Under the pieces are notes generated by a model. It made no database searches, was not told where the DNA came from, and saw only the letters and a list, made by a program, of their open reading frames with translations. A program made the position numbers and the translations under genes. A DNA stretch of 64,000 bases, taken from the NCBI GenBank assembly GCA_965215855.1, contig CBDCER010000003.1:3574560-3638559 (forward strand). The letters are read 5' to 3'. How positions within the stretch are numbered: the first letter of the stretch is position 1; each line of letters begins with the position of its first letter. Shown piece by piece: positions 10,264-19,679 of the stretch. Source of the stretch: Aggregatilineales bacterium. GTDB lineage: Bacteria > Chloroflexota > Anaerolineae > Aggregatilineales > J027.

Positions 10264-12879
10264 ATGTGCGCCAGTCAGGGAACACCGATGATGAAGAATC
10301 TACCTCATATCCTGTACATTGATGGCGATGGACATAGCCGAGACCGCATAAAACAGGTCTTGGCCGACCAATTTCACGTTACAGCAATAGGGAGTTATGA
10401 AACCTGTCATGAGATACTCCAATCCCAAGAGATCGACCTGATTTTGTCAGAGGCTTTTGTGTTGGGGTTGGATCGCCTGGGGATAATTCAGGTTGTGCGA
10501 GCTTTGAATATTGCCTGTCCAATAGTTATTTTGACCGATCAAGGGACAGAGGAACTGGCGGTTGAAGCATTGAAGCGTGGGGCGAGTGATTATGTAATTA
10601 AGCATGACACGAATATTGAGCAGTTGCCTTCCCGACTTCACCAATCTTTGCAAGTCATTTCTGCAAAAATATCTCACCGCACCCAATCGATTTTGCGTCA
10701 GCAAACCCAACGTCTTCAGATTTTGAATGAGATTAACCAGGCGATGTTAGCAACGCAATCTGTGGAAGCCATTTCCGCAGTGACGCTTGATCAATTGGTG
10801 CGTTTGATACCGGAAGTGCAATTCTGTGTATTCGTGTTGGAGGACGAAGCATCTGAACTGATTGTGGTAAATTGCGAAGGTCCAGATGCTCGTTTGTTTC
10901 GGGCAGGACAACGCCTGCGCCTAAGCGAGCGATGCCTGAATTTGGCGAAGCGAAGAGAAGAAGTACGAATTGTTGCTGACACCGACTGGTTAGATTCAAA
11001 CCTGAAAAAACACCTTTTGGATGCAGAAATACACGCTTATGTTGCGCTCTGGTTGCGTATACAAGATGAACCCATTGGCTTATTGTGTTTAGGCGCTGCC
11101 GACGTTGCGACTCTGACACCGGGGCGTGTCCTGATAGCTCGCGATGTTGCGTTGTCGTTGGCTGTTGCTATCCAGAATACGCTGACTTTGGCAGCAGAAC
11201 GCGAACAGCGGACTTTTGCCGAGGCTTTGCGTGATATTGCTACTGCATTGACCAGTGCCTTGGGACCAGACGAAGTGATGAATTTGATCTTGGAGTATGT
11301 AGGGCGGATTGCACCTCATGATGCGAGTAATATTATGCAAATCAAGGGTGATGTCGCCCATATGACTCATTGGCGCGGCTATCCAGTAGAGTTCACGCTT
11401 CAGCGGCGAGCTTTTGAGTTGAACTCAATCCCAAATCTACGACGGATGGTCGAAACGGGTGAACCATGCCTGGCCTCAGACACGATGAATGACCCGGCCT
11501 GGGTTCGCCATACAGAAACAGGACGACCCAGGCATACGTGGACACGTTCGTATGTTGGTGCGCCTATACAATTACACGGCCAGGTTGTGGGATTCCTAAA
11601 CTTGAACAGTACGATTCCAGGGTTCTTTAAGCGAGTTCATGCTGAACGTTTGCAGGCTTTCGCCAATCAAGTTGCCATCGCCATCGAGAGTGCCACGCTT
11701 TATGAACAAGTACGATTATATACAACTGATTTGGAACAACGGGTGGCACGCCGCACACATGAATTGAATCAGAGCAAGGAACAGACCGAAGCTATCTTAA
11801 ATAGTACCAGTGATGCCATTGCACTCATGTTTATTGACGGTACGCTTCGTCAGGTTAACCCGCGTTTTACTGAAGCATTTTCGTGTGAGAATGGACAATG
11901 TCCCGGACAATCATTGCTGGCATTTATTCACCCGGACAGCCGTTCTGCTGTTGAGGCAGCATTACAGAAGGTGGTGGCTACTAACCGGCCCCAATTGCTC
12001 GAAATTGTAGCTGTAGGACGTCATGATCGATCCTTTGATGCCGAAGTGGAGTTTGCACCAGTGTCGGGAGACATTGCTACCGGCATTGTATGTACGATTC
12101 GCGATATTACCGCTCGGAAGCAAGTGGAGACAGGGTTGCGAATGGCGTTGGAGAAAGAGCGTGAACTGCGTGAGCTGAAATCGCGGTTTATCTCGATGAC
12201 TTCGCACGAATTCCGTAATCCGCTGGCGACAATCCGCATTCAAACGGATATTTTGGACAATTATCATGATCGTTTGACCCATGAAGAGCGACAGGAACGA
12301 TTCGGGAAAATTCGGTTGCTGGTACGACATATGTCGGATCTGTTGGATGGCGTGTTAAATATTGGTCAATTAGAATCGCAAAAGACAGAATTTAACCCAA
12401 CTTTGGTGGACTTGGACCTGTTTTTCTTTGAGATTGTTGAAGAAGTTCGTCAGACGGATGGCATTGAACATGACCTGAACTATAAGTTTATGTGCGATGA
12501 ACCATATGGCGCTGTCGATGAAACTCTGATGCGACAAATTATCACCAACTTGCTCTCGAACGCCATCAAATATTCGCCCACCCACACCCGCGTTCAGCTA
12601 ACGATTGCGTGTGCAGGTGACGAGATTTTGATAGAAGTGCAAGATGAGGGAATTGGTATCCCGCTAGATGATCGCGAGCGACTATTTGAGGCTTTTCATA
12701 GAGCAGGTAATGTAGGACGTGCGCGGGGCACTGGATTGGGATTGGCAATAACCTATCATGCTGTGCAACTCCATGGCGGCTCAATTGATTTTGATAGCGA
12801 GGTTGGCGAAGGCACTACTTTTACTGTCCGGCTGCCTCGTTTCCACAATGAGTTACCAGCAGGAGATAGTCTTGGTTAA
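10264..12879 (+). CDS. Sensor histidine kinase with N-terminal pseudo-receiver, two GAF domains and a PAS domain
   Basis: REC-like fold in which the acceptor position reads LILSE (Ser, codon 10447-10449). GAF-like segments and PAS (EAILNSTSDAIALMF) follow. The H-box is SHEFRNPLATI, and HATPase N/G boxes are LLSNAIKYSP and GTGLGLAI. An alternative ATG is at 10288. Confidence 0.8.
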   Translation: MCASQGTPMMKNLPHILYIDGDGHSRDRIKQVLADQFHVTAIGSYETCHEILQSQEIDLILSEAFVLGLDRLGIIQVVRALNIACPIVILTDQGTEELAVEALKRGASDYVIKHDTNIEQLPSRLHQSLQVISAKISHRTQSILRQQTQRLQILNEINQAMLATQSVEAISAVTLDQLVRLIPEVQFCVFVLEDEASELIVVNCEGPDARLFRAGQRLRLSERCLNLAKRREEVRIVADTDWLDSNLKKHLLDAEIHAYVALWLRIQDEPIGLLCLGAADVATLTPGRVLIARDVALSLAVAIQNTLTLAAEREQRTFAEALRDIATALTSALGPDEVMNLILEYVGRIAPHDASNIMQIKGDVAHMTHWRGYPVEFTLQRRAFELNSIPNLRRMVETGEPCLASDTMNDPAWVRHTETGRPRHTWTRSYVGAPIQLHGQVVGFLNLNSTIPGFFKRVHAERLQAFANQVAIAIESATLYEQVRLYTTDLEQRVARRTHELNQSKEQTEAILNSTSDAIALMFIDGTLRQVNPRFTEAFSCENGQCPGQSLLAFIHPDSRSAVEAALQKVVATNRPQLLEIVAVGRHDRSFDAEVEFAPVSGDIATGIVCTIRDITARKQVETGLRMALEKERELRELKSRFISMTSHEFRNPLATIRIQTDILDNYHDRLTHEERQERFGKIRLLVRHMSDLLDGVLNIGQLESQKTEFNPTLVDLDLFFFEIVEEVRQTDGIEHDLNYKFMCDEPYGAVDETLMRQIITNLLSNAIKYSPTHTRVQLTIACAGDEILIEVQDEGIGIPLDDRERLFEAFHRAGNVGRARGTGLGLAITYHAVQLHGGSIDFDSEVGEGTTFTVRLPRFHNELPAGDSLG

Positions 12880-13489
12880 CAACATTCGCCCGCTTCCCAA
12901 TCGCGCCGTGCTTGGCGGTAAACGTTGATGTTGCGGTGACGGGGAGCTACATAGCACATACGCAATAGTTCAAACATGGCGGGTTCAGTCGCTACCATAA
13001 TGGGAGTTGTTCCCTGATAGACGATGCCCTTTTTAAAGCGCAGATATTTGGGGCACATGCCGCCTTTTGCTAAAGGCGCAATCATTACGCGATTGGCTTC
13101 ACGGGGGCCTGTCCGCAACCACAACGCATAACCCCACCAGTCGATCCGATCTGGCAACATAATCCACAAATCAACCGCGACATCTTTCCAGGAGAGGGCC
13201 ACAAAACGTGATTGTCGGGATGGCTTTAAATAGGCGATGTTGACCCCGCGTTTATCCTTACGAGGACCAATGACGTCTTCGGCGTCCAGTCGTTCCAGGC
13301 GTTCAAACATCGTTGGGCTATTGGCTTTTGGCTGGCAAATAATCTCGATTTCATGCACAACGGTTTTTCGCCGTCGGATGGCTCCGGCGATGACGGCTTT
13401 TTCGCAGTATGGCTCGACATAGCGTTGTTTAAAAACATAGACGCTAGTTGATAGGCTTTCGGCCAGGGTAATTTTTCGCGTGTGGGCAT
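12876..13489 (-). CDS. Pol beta/Pol X-like nucleotidyltransferase, apparent 1-nt frame break near the 5' end
   Basis: GAIRRRKTVVHEIEIICQPK resembles the GS-x-RRGK...D-x-D NTase signature. WGYALWLRTGPREANRVMI resembles the Pol X finger motif GAALLYFTGSxxHN. The best ATG (13489) is in a frame 1 nt off the conserved frame, which stays open up to 13493. The break is at an A5 run (13472-13476). Confidence 0.45.
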
Positions 13490-13575
13490 GGAATCACCAC
13501 CTCTACCTCTGTATATAGTGTACAGCAGATTTGGGTGGTGCAGTGTAGATATTGTATCAGTATATGTGTGAAACT

Positions 13576-14952
13576 CTATGGCGCAGTGCGGAACGTTGTG
13601 CTAACTGTGCCACCTTGTGGCACGTCGCACGCATTGACGATGCCACCATTTATCTCAATTCTGTACTCGGTATCAGGATCAAAATCCGCCTGATTGAGTG
13701 ATACTGTTGCAGTAAATGTGCCGGGATCATAATTTACTGGTGGAATGACCTGGATGTTGCCACCCCCGCTCGTTGCGCGAACTGAATACATTCCTGGTGC
13801 GGTAACATTCTGGAAAAGGCCACCTGCCATTTGTTGGGTAAACACAACGACGATGGTAGATGGTGGGGGAATGATGACACCGGACGGACTGATACCTGCT
13901 ACGTAGCCATCTGGCAATCCACCATCAATGGGCAGTGGTGGTGGGCAACCGCCAACATTGATGGTGACAGTCGCCGGACTAGAACTGTATCCGGCTGTAT
14001 CGAGGACTATGTAGGTAAAGCTGTCGATGCCAGTAAAGCCGGCGTTGGGTTGGTATGTTACTGCTCCGGTTATACCGTCCATGTTAGTGATGACACCATT
14101 GGTCGGCGAAGTCGGGAGTTTCACTGCCGAAGGATCGATGGGGAAACTCCCCGGTATGTCATTCGCCAGGATATTAATGACTACTGGCTGATTTTGTAGT
14201 GTGTTCGCTGTATCATTAATGGCTGTTGGCGGCACAACTGGCGGAATGGTATTGGTCGGCAGCGGGGTATTGGTTGGTGGCGGCGGCGGTGGATTGGTGT
14301 TGGTCGGCAGCGGGGTATTGGTTGGTGGCGGCGGCGGTGGATTGGTGTTGGTCGGCAGCGGGGTTCTGGTTCGTGTTGGGGTAGGTGTCCGGGTCCGAGT
14401 TGGACTGGGTAAATCCGTAATCGTTGGGGTAGATGTGCGTGTTGAGGTTGTAGTTGGCGATGTCGTCACCGTTGTGGTCGCTGTTGTCGTGGTCGTCACT
14501 GTCACCGTTGTTGTGGGTGATGTAGTTACTGTCGCGGTCGGTGTTACGGTTTCTGTCGAGGTTTCCGTGACCGTCACAGTGAGAGTGAGCGATGGAGAAT
14601 CGGTTGGTGAAGCAGTTGATGTGCGGGTAGGCGGTGATGTTGGCGAGAACTCTGGGCTTGGATCTGTTGAGGCGTCAGCTACCTGAGTTGGTTGAGGCGT
14701 AGGGGTAGGGGTTTCAGAAGCTATGTCGCGTGCGGTATCTGTTCCTACACGTACCCAATCAATAGCGGCGAACGTTGCCTGCGGCCAAGCCGCATAGTCC
14801 GCTCGAAGGACAATTTCATCATCAGCTGGCAGTCGGTCTGGCGCCAGGCCAAGCAGCGCGAAACTAACCGTCCCCAGAAAACAGGCAAGGCTAAGGACGA
14901 GGGCGAGTAATATCCCTATTAGTGACCGTCGTCGCTTGCGAATGAAATACAC
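13576..14952 (-). CDS. Membrane-anchored surface protein with long Thr/Pro-rich spacer and cadherin-like Ig domain
   Basis: N-terminal TM anchor, about 180 aa of T/P/S low complexity, then a VCBS/cadherin-like domain (INDTANTLQNQPVVINILANDI ... FTGIDSFTYIVLD). Confidence 0.6.
   Translation of the reverse strand: MYFIRKRRRSLIGILLALVLSLACFLGTVSFALLGLAPDRLPADDEIVLRADYAAWPQATFAAIDWVRVGTDTARDIASETPTPTPQPTQVADASTDPSPEFSPTSPPTRTSTASPTDSPSLTLTVTVTETSTETVTPTATVTTSPTTTVTVTTTTTATTTVTTSPTTTSTRTSTPTITDLPSPTRTRTPTPTRTRTPLPTNTNPPPPPPTNTPLPTNTNPPPPPPTNTPLPTNTIPPVVPPTAINDTANTLQNQPVVINILANDIPGSFPIDPSAVKLPTSPTNGVITNMDGITGAVTYQPNAGFTGIDSFTYIVLDTAGYSSSPATVTINVGGCPPPLPIDGGLPDGYVAGISPSGVIIPPPSTIVVVFTQQMAGGLFQNVTAPGMYSVRATSGGGNIQVIPPVNYDPGTFTATVSLNQADFDPDTEYRIEINGGIVNACDVPQGGTVSTTFRTAP
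14254..14364. repeat. Perfect 48-bp tandem repeat (2.3 copies) inside the Thr/Pro-rich spacer
   Basis: 14254-14301 and 14302-14349 are identical (GGTCGGCAGCGGGGTATTGGTTGGTGGCGGCGGCGGTGGATTGGTGTT). A third partial copy follows. The repeat encodes PLPTNTNPPPPPPTNT on the minus strand. Confidence 0.9.
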
Positions 14953-14967
14953 GAGCTTTTCCTGTAT

Positions 14968-17151
14968 TTATAATACTGGCAATCGGATGACGAAATTACT
15001 ACCTTGCCCAGGTGTGCTGTCAACATGCACCTGGCCGTGATGTGCTTCAACTACGTTCCATACAATATATAACCCCAACCCTAGTCCGCGAGGATCAAGC
15101 ATTTTCCCGTCTGAAGTCTGGGCCTCGCGCCGGTAGTAGGCATCGAAAATGTAGGGTTGGTCGATGGCACGGATGCCGACACCGGTATCATTAACCGACA
15201 ACCATATGGCCTGATCCTGACGGACGGCCAGCTTAATTGTTATTGTACCACCAGGTAGGGTATATTTGATAGCATTATCTAGCAAATGATCAAATGCCCA
15301 TAGAAGGCGCTGCCGGTCTCCTTCCATTGTAAAGTCTTGTTTGCCAATTTGGACATGTGGCGTTAAGTCGTGTTCTTTGAAGTCATCCAGACGCGCTTGT
15401 AGGCCGTCGATGACGACTTCGCGGAAATCAATCTGAGCACCACGAATAGTAAATGTGCCGGCACTCATTTGGGCGATATCCAATAACTGTACAATCATCT
15501 GATCCAAAAGCTCGGTTTGTTCAACAATACGTTGAACATGAATTTCTTTGGGTGGCAAGCCCATCTCGATGGAGGTGTCCACCAGATCAGAGTAACCTTT
15601 GATGACAGTCAAAGGTGTACGAAGCTCATGCGAGACGCGGGCGATAAAACGATCTTTCAAACGTCCAGCCAGCTCTTGCTGCGTGATGTCGTGAAGCGCC
15701 ACCAACGTTCCAACACGGCCACCATCTTCACTTCGTACATCGGCAACTGTTACGGCCAGGATATATTTGTCAACTTCAAGAATATCCAGTGTTTGCACTT
15801 CTTCGTTGAGATATTGTACTAATGCACGCGAATCATGCGTTTGAGGCTGCAAGTATTCCCTGGCTGCCTCATTAATAAAACTGAGATCATGATCAGTGTC
15901 AATCATGACCATGCCAGTTTTTGAGGCCTTGAGAATGCTGTTTAGTCGGGCCGCCTCTGTTTTCAGTGCATCAATGGTAATTTCTAACATCTCGGTGCGG
16001 AGTTCCAGACGTTCGGTCATGATGTCGAATGTGAAGCCCAGGAAGCCGATTTCGTCGTGCGTGCCCAATTGGCTGCGCTGGGTCAGATCACCTTCAGTCA
16101 CGTTTTGGGAAACTTCTACCAATCGACGGATGGGAATCTCAATATTGCGGGCAATAGCGAACCCGATGAGAATAATACTCAATGCTGCCAAACCAAAGAT
16201 TACTGCAAAGATGTTGGCGCTGGTTCCACCTTCAATGATGATGAATTCACTTGGCAAGAAGACGGCCATCAAGCCGACTGTCTCATTACGGACGATCAGC
16301 GGTGCATACAATCCTTGATAGGGGCGGCGAATGTCGACTTCAATAGATGTGGTCTCTTCATTATTTCGTATCAGAGCTAGCTGTTCCTGCACATCGCTGG
16401 TTTCTAGTTGCAGCAGGGCGGTTTCCTCGGGAGAGAGAACAAAAGTTGATGCAGCCAGCTCGCCGTCCAGACTGTAAGCCACAACATCTGACAACGCTTC
16501 CTGTTTGATCTTTTTTAGAAAGTCTGGTAGCGGCGTGGCAACTACGGCAACGCCTATTAATACATCAGGGTCTTCGGCACTGACAATGGGAGCAGCGATC
16601 AGAAACAGTGCTGGATCGGAGGTATAGTTGATCTCGCTGAATTTATCTCCACGATTATCACTGTCTTGATTGATGATCGCCTGAATTGCAGTGGATTGGT
16701 CAAATGGAAATTCATCAGCGATACTGAATGTGCCACGCATAGCCACTGGATTGCCAGTGCTGTCTAATATTGCAACATCTGGGATACCTGCGCTATCCGC
16801 CAGGCTGTTGACAACCAACTCGATAAAGCCTGAATCTTCATCCTGAATTGCCTCCTCCATACCGGTTGTGAAGGCGATGAGTCGTAATGTTTCCAGGTGT
16901 TCATTTTCGCGCCGGATTACACTTTCGGTTGCTACCAGGCTACTTTCGAGGAGTTGGTTAGAAAGTCGCTCTTGAAGAGAACCAGCCACCAATCGTGTGA
17001 CAATATACGTGCCAATGGCCGCCACAAAAATTGTGATGATGAGGTAGGGGACAATGACTTTGTTGCGAATGCGAAACAACCGCTCGCGCCATGTGGAGTG
17101 CCAGGTAGGGGCTTCACTGGATGTCGGACGGGCTATTGCTGTGGACGACAT
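14968..17151 (-). CDS. Sensor histidine kinase (2 TM, extracytoplasmic sensor domain, HAMP, PAS, HisKA, HATPase)
   Basis: HAMP (PIRRLVEVSQNVTEGDLTQRS...DEIGFLGFTFDIM). The H-box is VSHELRTPLTVIKGY. N/G boxes are LDNAIKYTLPGG and GLGLGLYIV. Confidence 0.85.
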   Translation of the reverse strand: MSSTAIARPTSSEAPTWHSTWRERLFRIRNKVIVPYLIITIFVAAIGTYIVTRLVAGSLQERLSNQLLESSLVATESVIRRENEHLETLRLIAFTTGMEEAIQDEDSGFIELVVNSLADSAGIPDVAILDSTGNPVAMRGTFSIADEFPFDQSTAIQAIINQDSDNRGDKFSEINYTSDPALFLIAAPIVSAEDPDVLIGVAVVATPLPDFLKKIKQEALSDVVAYSLDGELAASTFVLSPEETALLQLETSDVQEQLALIRNNEETTSIEVDIRRPYQGLYAPLIVRNETVGLMAVFLPSEFIIIEGGTSANIFAVIFGLAALSIILIGFAIARNIEIPIRRLVEVSQNVTEGDLTQRSQLGTHDEIGFLGFTFDIMTERLELRTEMLEITIDALKTEAARLNSILKASKTGMVMIDTDHDLSFINEAAREYLQPQTHDSRALVQYLNEEVQTLDILEVDKYILAVTVADVRSEDGGRVGTLVALHDITQQELAGRLKDRFIARVSHELRTPLTVIKGYSDLVDTSIEMGLPPKEIHVQRIVEQTELLDQMIVQLLDIAQMSAGTFTIRGAQIDFREVVIDGLQARLDDFKEHDLTPHVQIGKQDFTMEGDRQRLLWAFDHLLDNAIKYTLPGGTITIKLAVRQDQAIWLSVNDTGVGIRAIDQPYIFDAYYRREAQTSDGKMLDPRGLGLGLYIVWNVVEAHHGQVHVDSTPGQGSNFVIRLPVL

Positions 17152-17254
17152 ATTCTCACTTCACCAAATGCTGTTGGGCGTCCTTGTGCATATCTTACCA
17201 TAAGTCATGATATATGGCTTCTCCTCCCCAGAATCCTGCTATTTCTGTGCTGCC

Positions 17255-17671
17255 TCAGTCGATCATTGAATGACGCATTGCCATAATCTCTTTGACCATC
17301 TGGTTCAGACCTTTGACGCCTGGCAATGGTTTGGAGATGTAGCGGTCAGCTTGCGAACGTTGCATCACATCTTGATATTCTTCTGATGAAAGTTCATAGG
17401 CCGTCATTAGAATAATACCAATATTCGATAAAGGTTTGATGCCCCGCATTCGTTCGGCGATTTCATGCCCTTGCGGGCCAGGCATTCTAATATCCACGAA
17501 CGCAATATTGGGAAGGTCTGTCACCGCCTCGCTTTCGACCTGATCTAGCCATTCCCAGGCTTCATTGCCATCGTTCAAGAACGTGAAGACACCGTCTGCC
17601 TCCAGCAGATCAAAGACTTCCTTCAAAATATCACAGATATTCTTGTCGTCTTCGATAATGAGATAGTGCAT
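17255..17671 (-). CDS. Stand-alone CheY-like response regulator
   Basis: IIEDD ... AFVDIRMPG ... ILMTAY ... K are canonical receiver residues. There is no output domain. Confidence 0.85.
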   Translation of the reverse strand: MHYLIIEDDKNICDILKEVFDLLEADGVFTFLNDGNEAWEWLDQVESEAVTDLPNIAFVDIRMPGPQGHEIAERMRGIKPLSNIGIILMTAYELSSEEYQDVMQRSQADRYISKPLPGVKGLNQMVKEIMAMRHSMID

Positions 17672-17702
17672 CTTCTTTCTCGCTTTTCATGGTTTAACGC
17701 GA

Positions 17703-18749
17703 TTAGGGCGCGACGGTTGGTAGAATAATGGGTGTTACGGTTGGTGTCTTTAGCAACTCAATTGAACGTTCTACTTGTGCCGTGGCTGTTGCTGCCCCAC
17801 TTATTGCGCGAAATTGACTTTGGACAACTGCTTGTTGATTCTGTCGGTCTTGTGAATATACAGTATCTAATGACTGATTTTGCTCCAGTGCTGATTGAAG
17901 CGCAACGACATAATCATACTCATAGTTTAACAGGATAATGAATTCATCCAAGAATGCAACCATTTCTGAATCAGTTGTTTCGTCATTATAATTTGAAAGC
18001 TCAATACTGGCAATTAGCGCCTGATACGCCATGCCGATTTGCTCTAATCGAGCGGTGTCTTGGGTTTGTCTGACCTGCACTGTTAGCACATTGTAGTCAT
18101 TGTAAATGCGAGACACGCCAGTTAGGTTTGGTGAAATCGGGTCAGTGGAGATTGGTGTCGGGGTATATGAGGGTATCGGGGTGCGTGTGGAGAGCGGGGT
18201 ACGGGTGGGACGAGGCGTATTGGTTGGGGCAGGCGTGAAAGTCAGGGTTGCTGTAGGCGCAGGTGGCAGGGTCGGGTTTGCTGCACCGCGACGCTCGGTG
18301 GAGGACAATGTATTTGTGGCGACTTCCCCGCTACTAGCCGCAGTTGTGCTATTGTCTTTATCATCGTCAGATGAACGTAATAAGAAGAAAATGCTGGCGA
18401 TAGCTAAAACAGCTACCAGTCCGATAATAGCATATAGCATGAAGTTCAGGTTTGTTTCTTGATCTATTGGTGTATCAGTATCGGTCCGCAGTTGATCAAC
18501 ACTGCGTTGCTGTACCTTGTTCAATGCCGCCCGAGCCTGATAATGGAGTGGATCCAGTTTCAACACTAACTTCAGTGCTTTTTCCATCTCCTGCAAATTA
18601 GCAGCTGCCTGGGCAAATAAATATAGTGCCGTTGTGTTTTCCGAGTCGTTTTTCAGAATATCGGCTAGAACCTGCCGAGCTTCGGCCTTTTTGCCTTGTT
18701 GGATCAGGCGTTGTGCTTGCTCGAGCTGAGGATCATTTGAAGTCGCCAT
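17703..18749 (-). CDS. TPR-TM protein with Pro/Thr-rich extracytoplasmic region
   Basis: N-terminal TPR-like helices (AQRLIQQGKKAEARQVLADILKNDSENTTALYLFAQA), one TM helix (LYAIIGLVAVLAIASIFFLL) and a PT-rich stretch. I do not recognise the C-terminal domain. Confidence 0.55.
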   Translation of the reverse strand: MATSNDPQLEQAQRLIQQGKKAEARQVLADILKNDSENTTALYLFAQAAANLQEMEKALKLVLKLDPLHYQARAALNKVQQRSVDQLRTDTDTPIDQETNLNFMLYAIIGLVAVLAIASIFFLLRSSDDDKDNSTTAASSGEVATNTLSSTERRGAANPTLPPAPTATLTFTPAPTNTPRPTRTPLSTRTPIPSYTPTPISTDPISPNLTGVSRIYNDYNVLTVQVRQTQDTARLEQIGMAYQALIASIELSNYNDETTDSEMVAFLDEFIILLNYEYDYVVALQSALEQNQSLDTVYSQDRQNQQAVVQSQFRAISGAATATAQVERSIELLKTPTVTPIILPTVAP

Positions 18750-18794
18750 ATGCGCTCTTCCTATTCAGATTAGACTTGTTACAGTGGATATTCC

Positions 18795-19172
18795 TCAACG
18801 GATGTTGTGTTCATCCAGAAAATTCTCGAACCAGATCTCAAAAGCATCAACCTGGATGGGTTTCGTTAAATATGCAGCACAACCAACTGCTTTGGCAGTT
18901 TCTTCGGTTGCTACCATAACATGTGCTGTCATGGCGATGATCGGAATATGACGGACATCACTATCTTTTTGAATCTCACTGGCGACATCCCATCCGTGCA
19001 TTTTTGGCAGGGAGAAATCAAGCAGGATGACATCTGGGTAATAGTCGTAGACTGCTTGCAAGCCCTCTTCGCCATCTTCAGCTACAGCTACTTGATGGCC
19101 GTTCAATTCAAGCAAATCGGTCATGGCTTCGCGGGTTAGTGCATCGTCTTCAATCAACAAAACTCTAGCCAT
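18795..19172 (-). CDS. Stand-alone CheY-like response regulator
   Basis: LLIEDD ... VILLDFSLPKMHG ... IIAMTAH ... YLTKP are canonical receiver motifs. Confidence 0.85.
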   Translation of the reverse strand: MARVLLIEDDALTREAMTDLLELNGHQVAVAEDGEEGLQAVYDYYPDVILLDFSLPKMHGWDVASEIQKDSDVRHIPIIAMTAHVMVATEETAKAVGCAAYLTKPIQVDAFEIWFENFLDEHNIR

Positions 19173-19679
19173 TGGGAAAACAACCTTTCATCAGCATCGC
19201 TTGTTAGTATAAATCCATTGTCTGTTATGTAAAAGGAACATGACCGGCCAGATTGTGTTCGTGCATCCGCCTATCTCGAATTTATTTGATTTGCGACGCG
19301 GGCCGGGGTTAACTCCCCTGAAATTTCGATTACCATCGGCAATGTTCATCAATATTGCGTCTCTGTTGCTGAATGAGTAGCATCTTATCTTGCTAGATAT
19401 GGAAGTTTGCGTTTCGCTTCTCATCCAAATATTCTAAATCAATTTATAAATAATGATATGATTGATTGTTATGGTTGTTGATTAACCATTGATCTAGTAC
19501 CTGATTATAGTGTGCCTCAATTGCATTAGCCAGGCCAGATTGCATCTTTGGCTTGGTTCAACTGTGTACAAAATAACTGATGAAGGGTATCATTGTCCAA
19601 CCTCACAGCCAGGATTTGTGGATTCTGATAATATATTTATTACCAGCAGCTTTTTTTGTGGGTACAGGATGAAACATGA

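Noticed and set aside
14201-14686. 161-aa Gly/Val-rich ORF on the plus strand
   Set aside because: It is the antisense shadow of the Thr/Pro-rich coding repeat of 13576..14952. The low-complexity GGT/GTT codons are the complement of ACC/AAC/CCA codons. It has no start context of its own.
19191-19424. 77-aa minus-strand ORF in the long intergenic region
   Set aside because: It has no RBS and odd composition, lies in AT-rich DNA, and resembles nothing I recognise.
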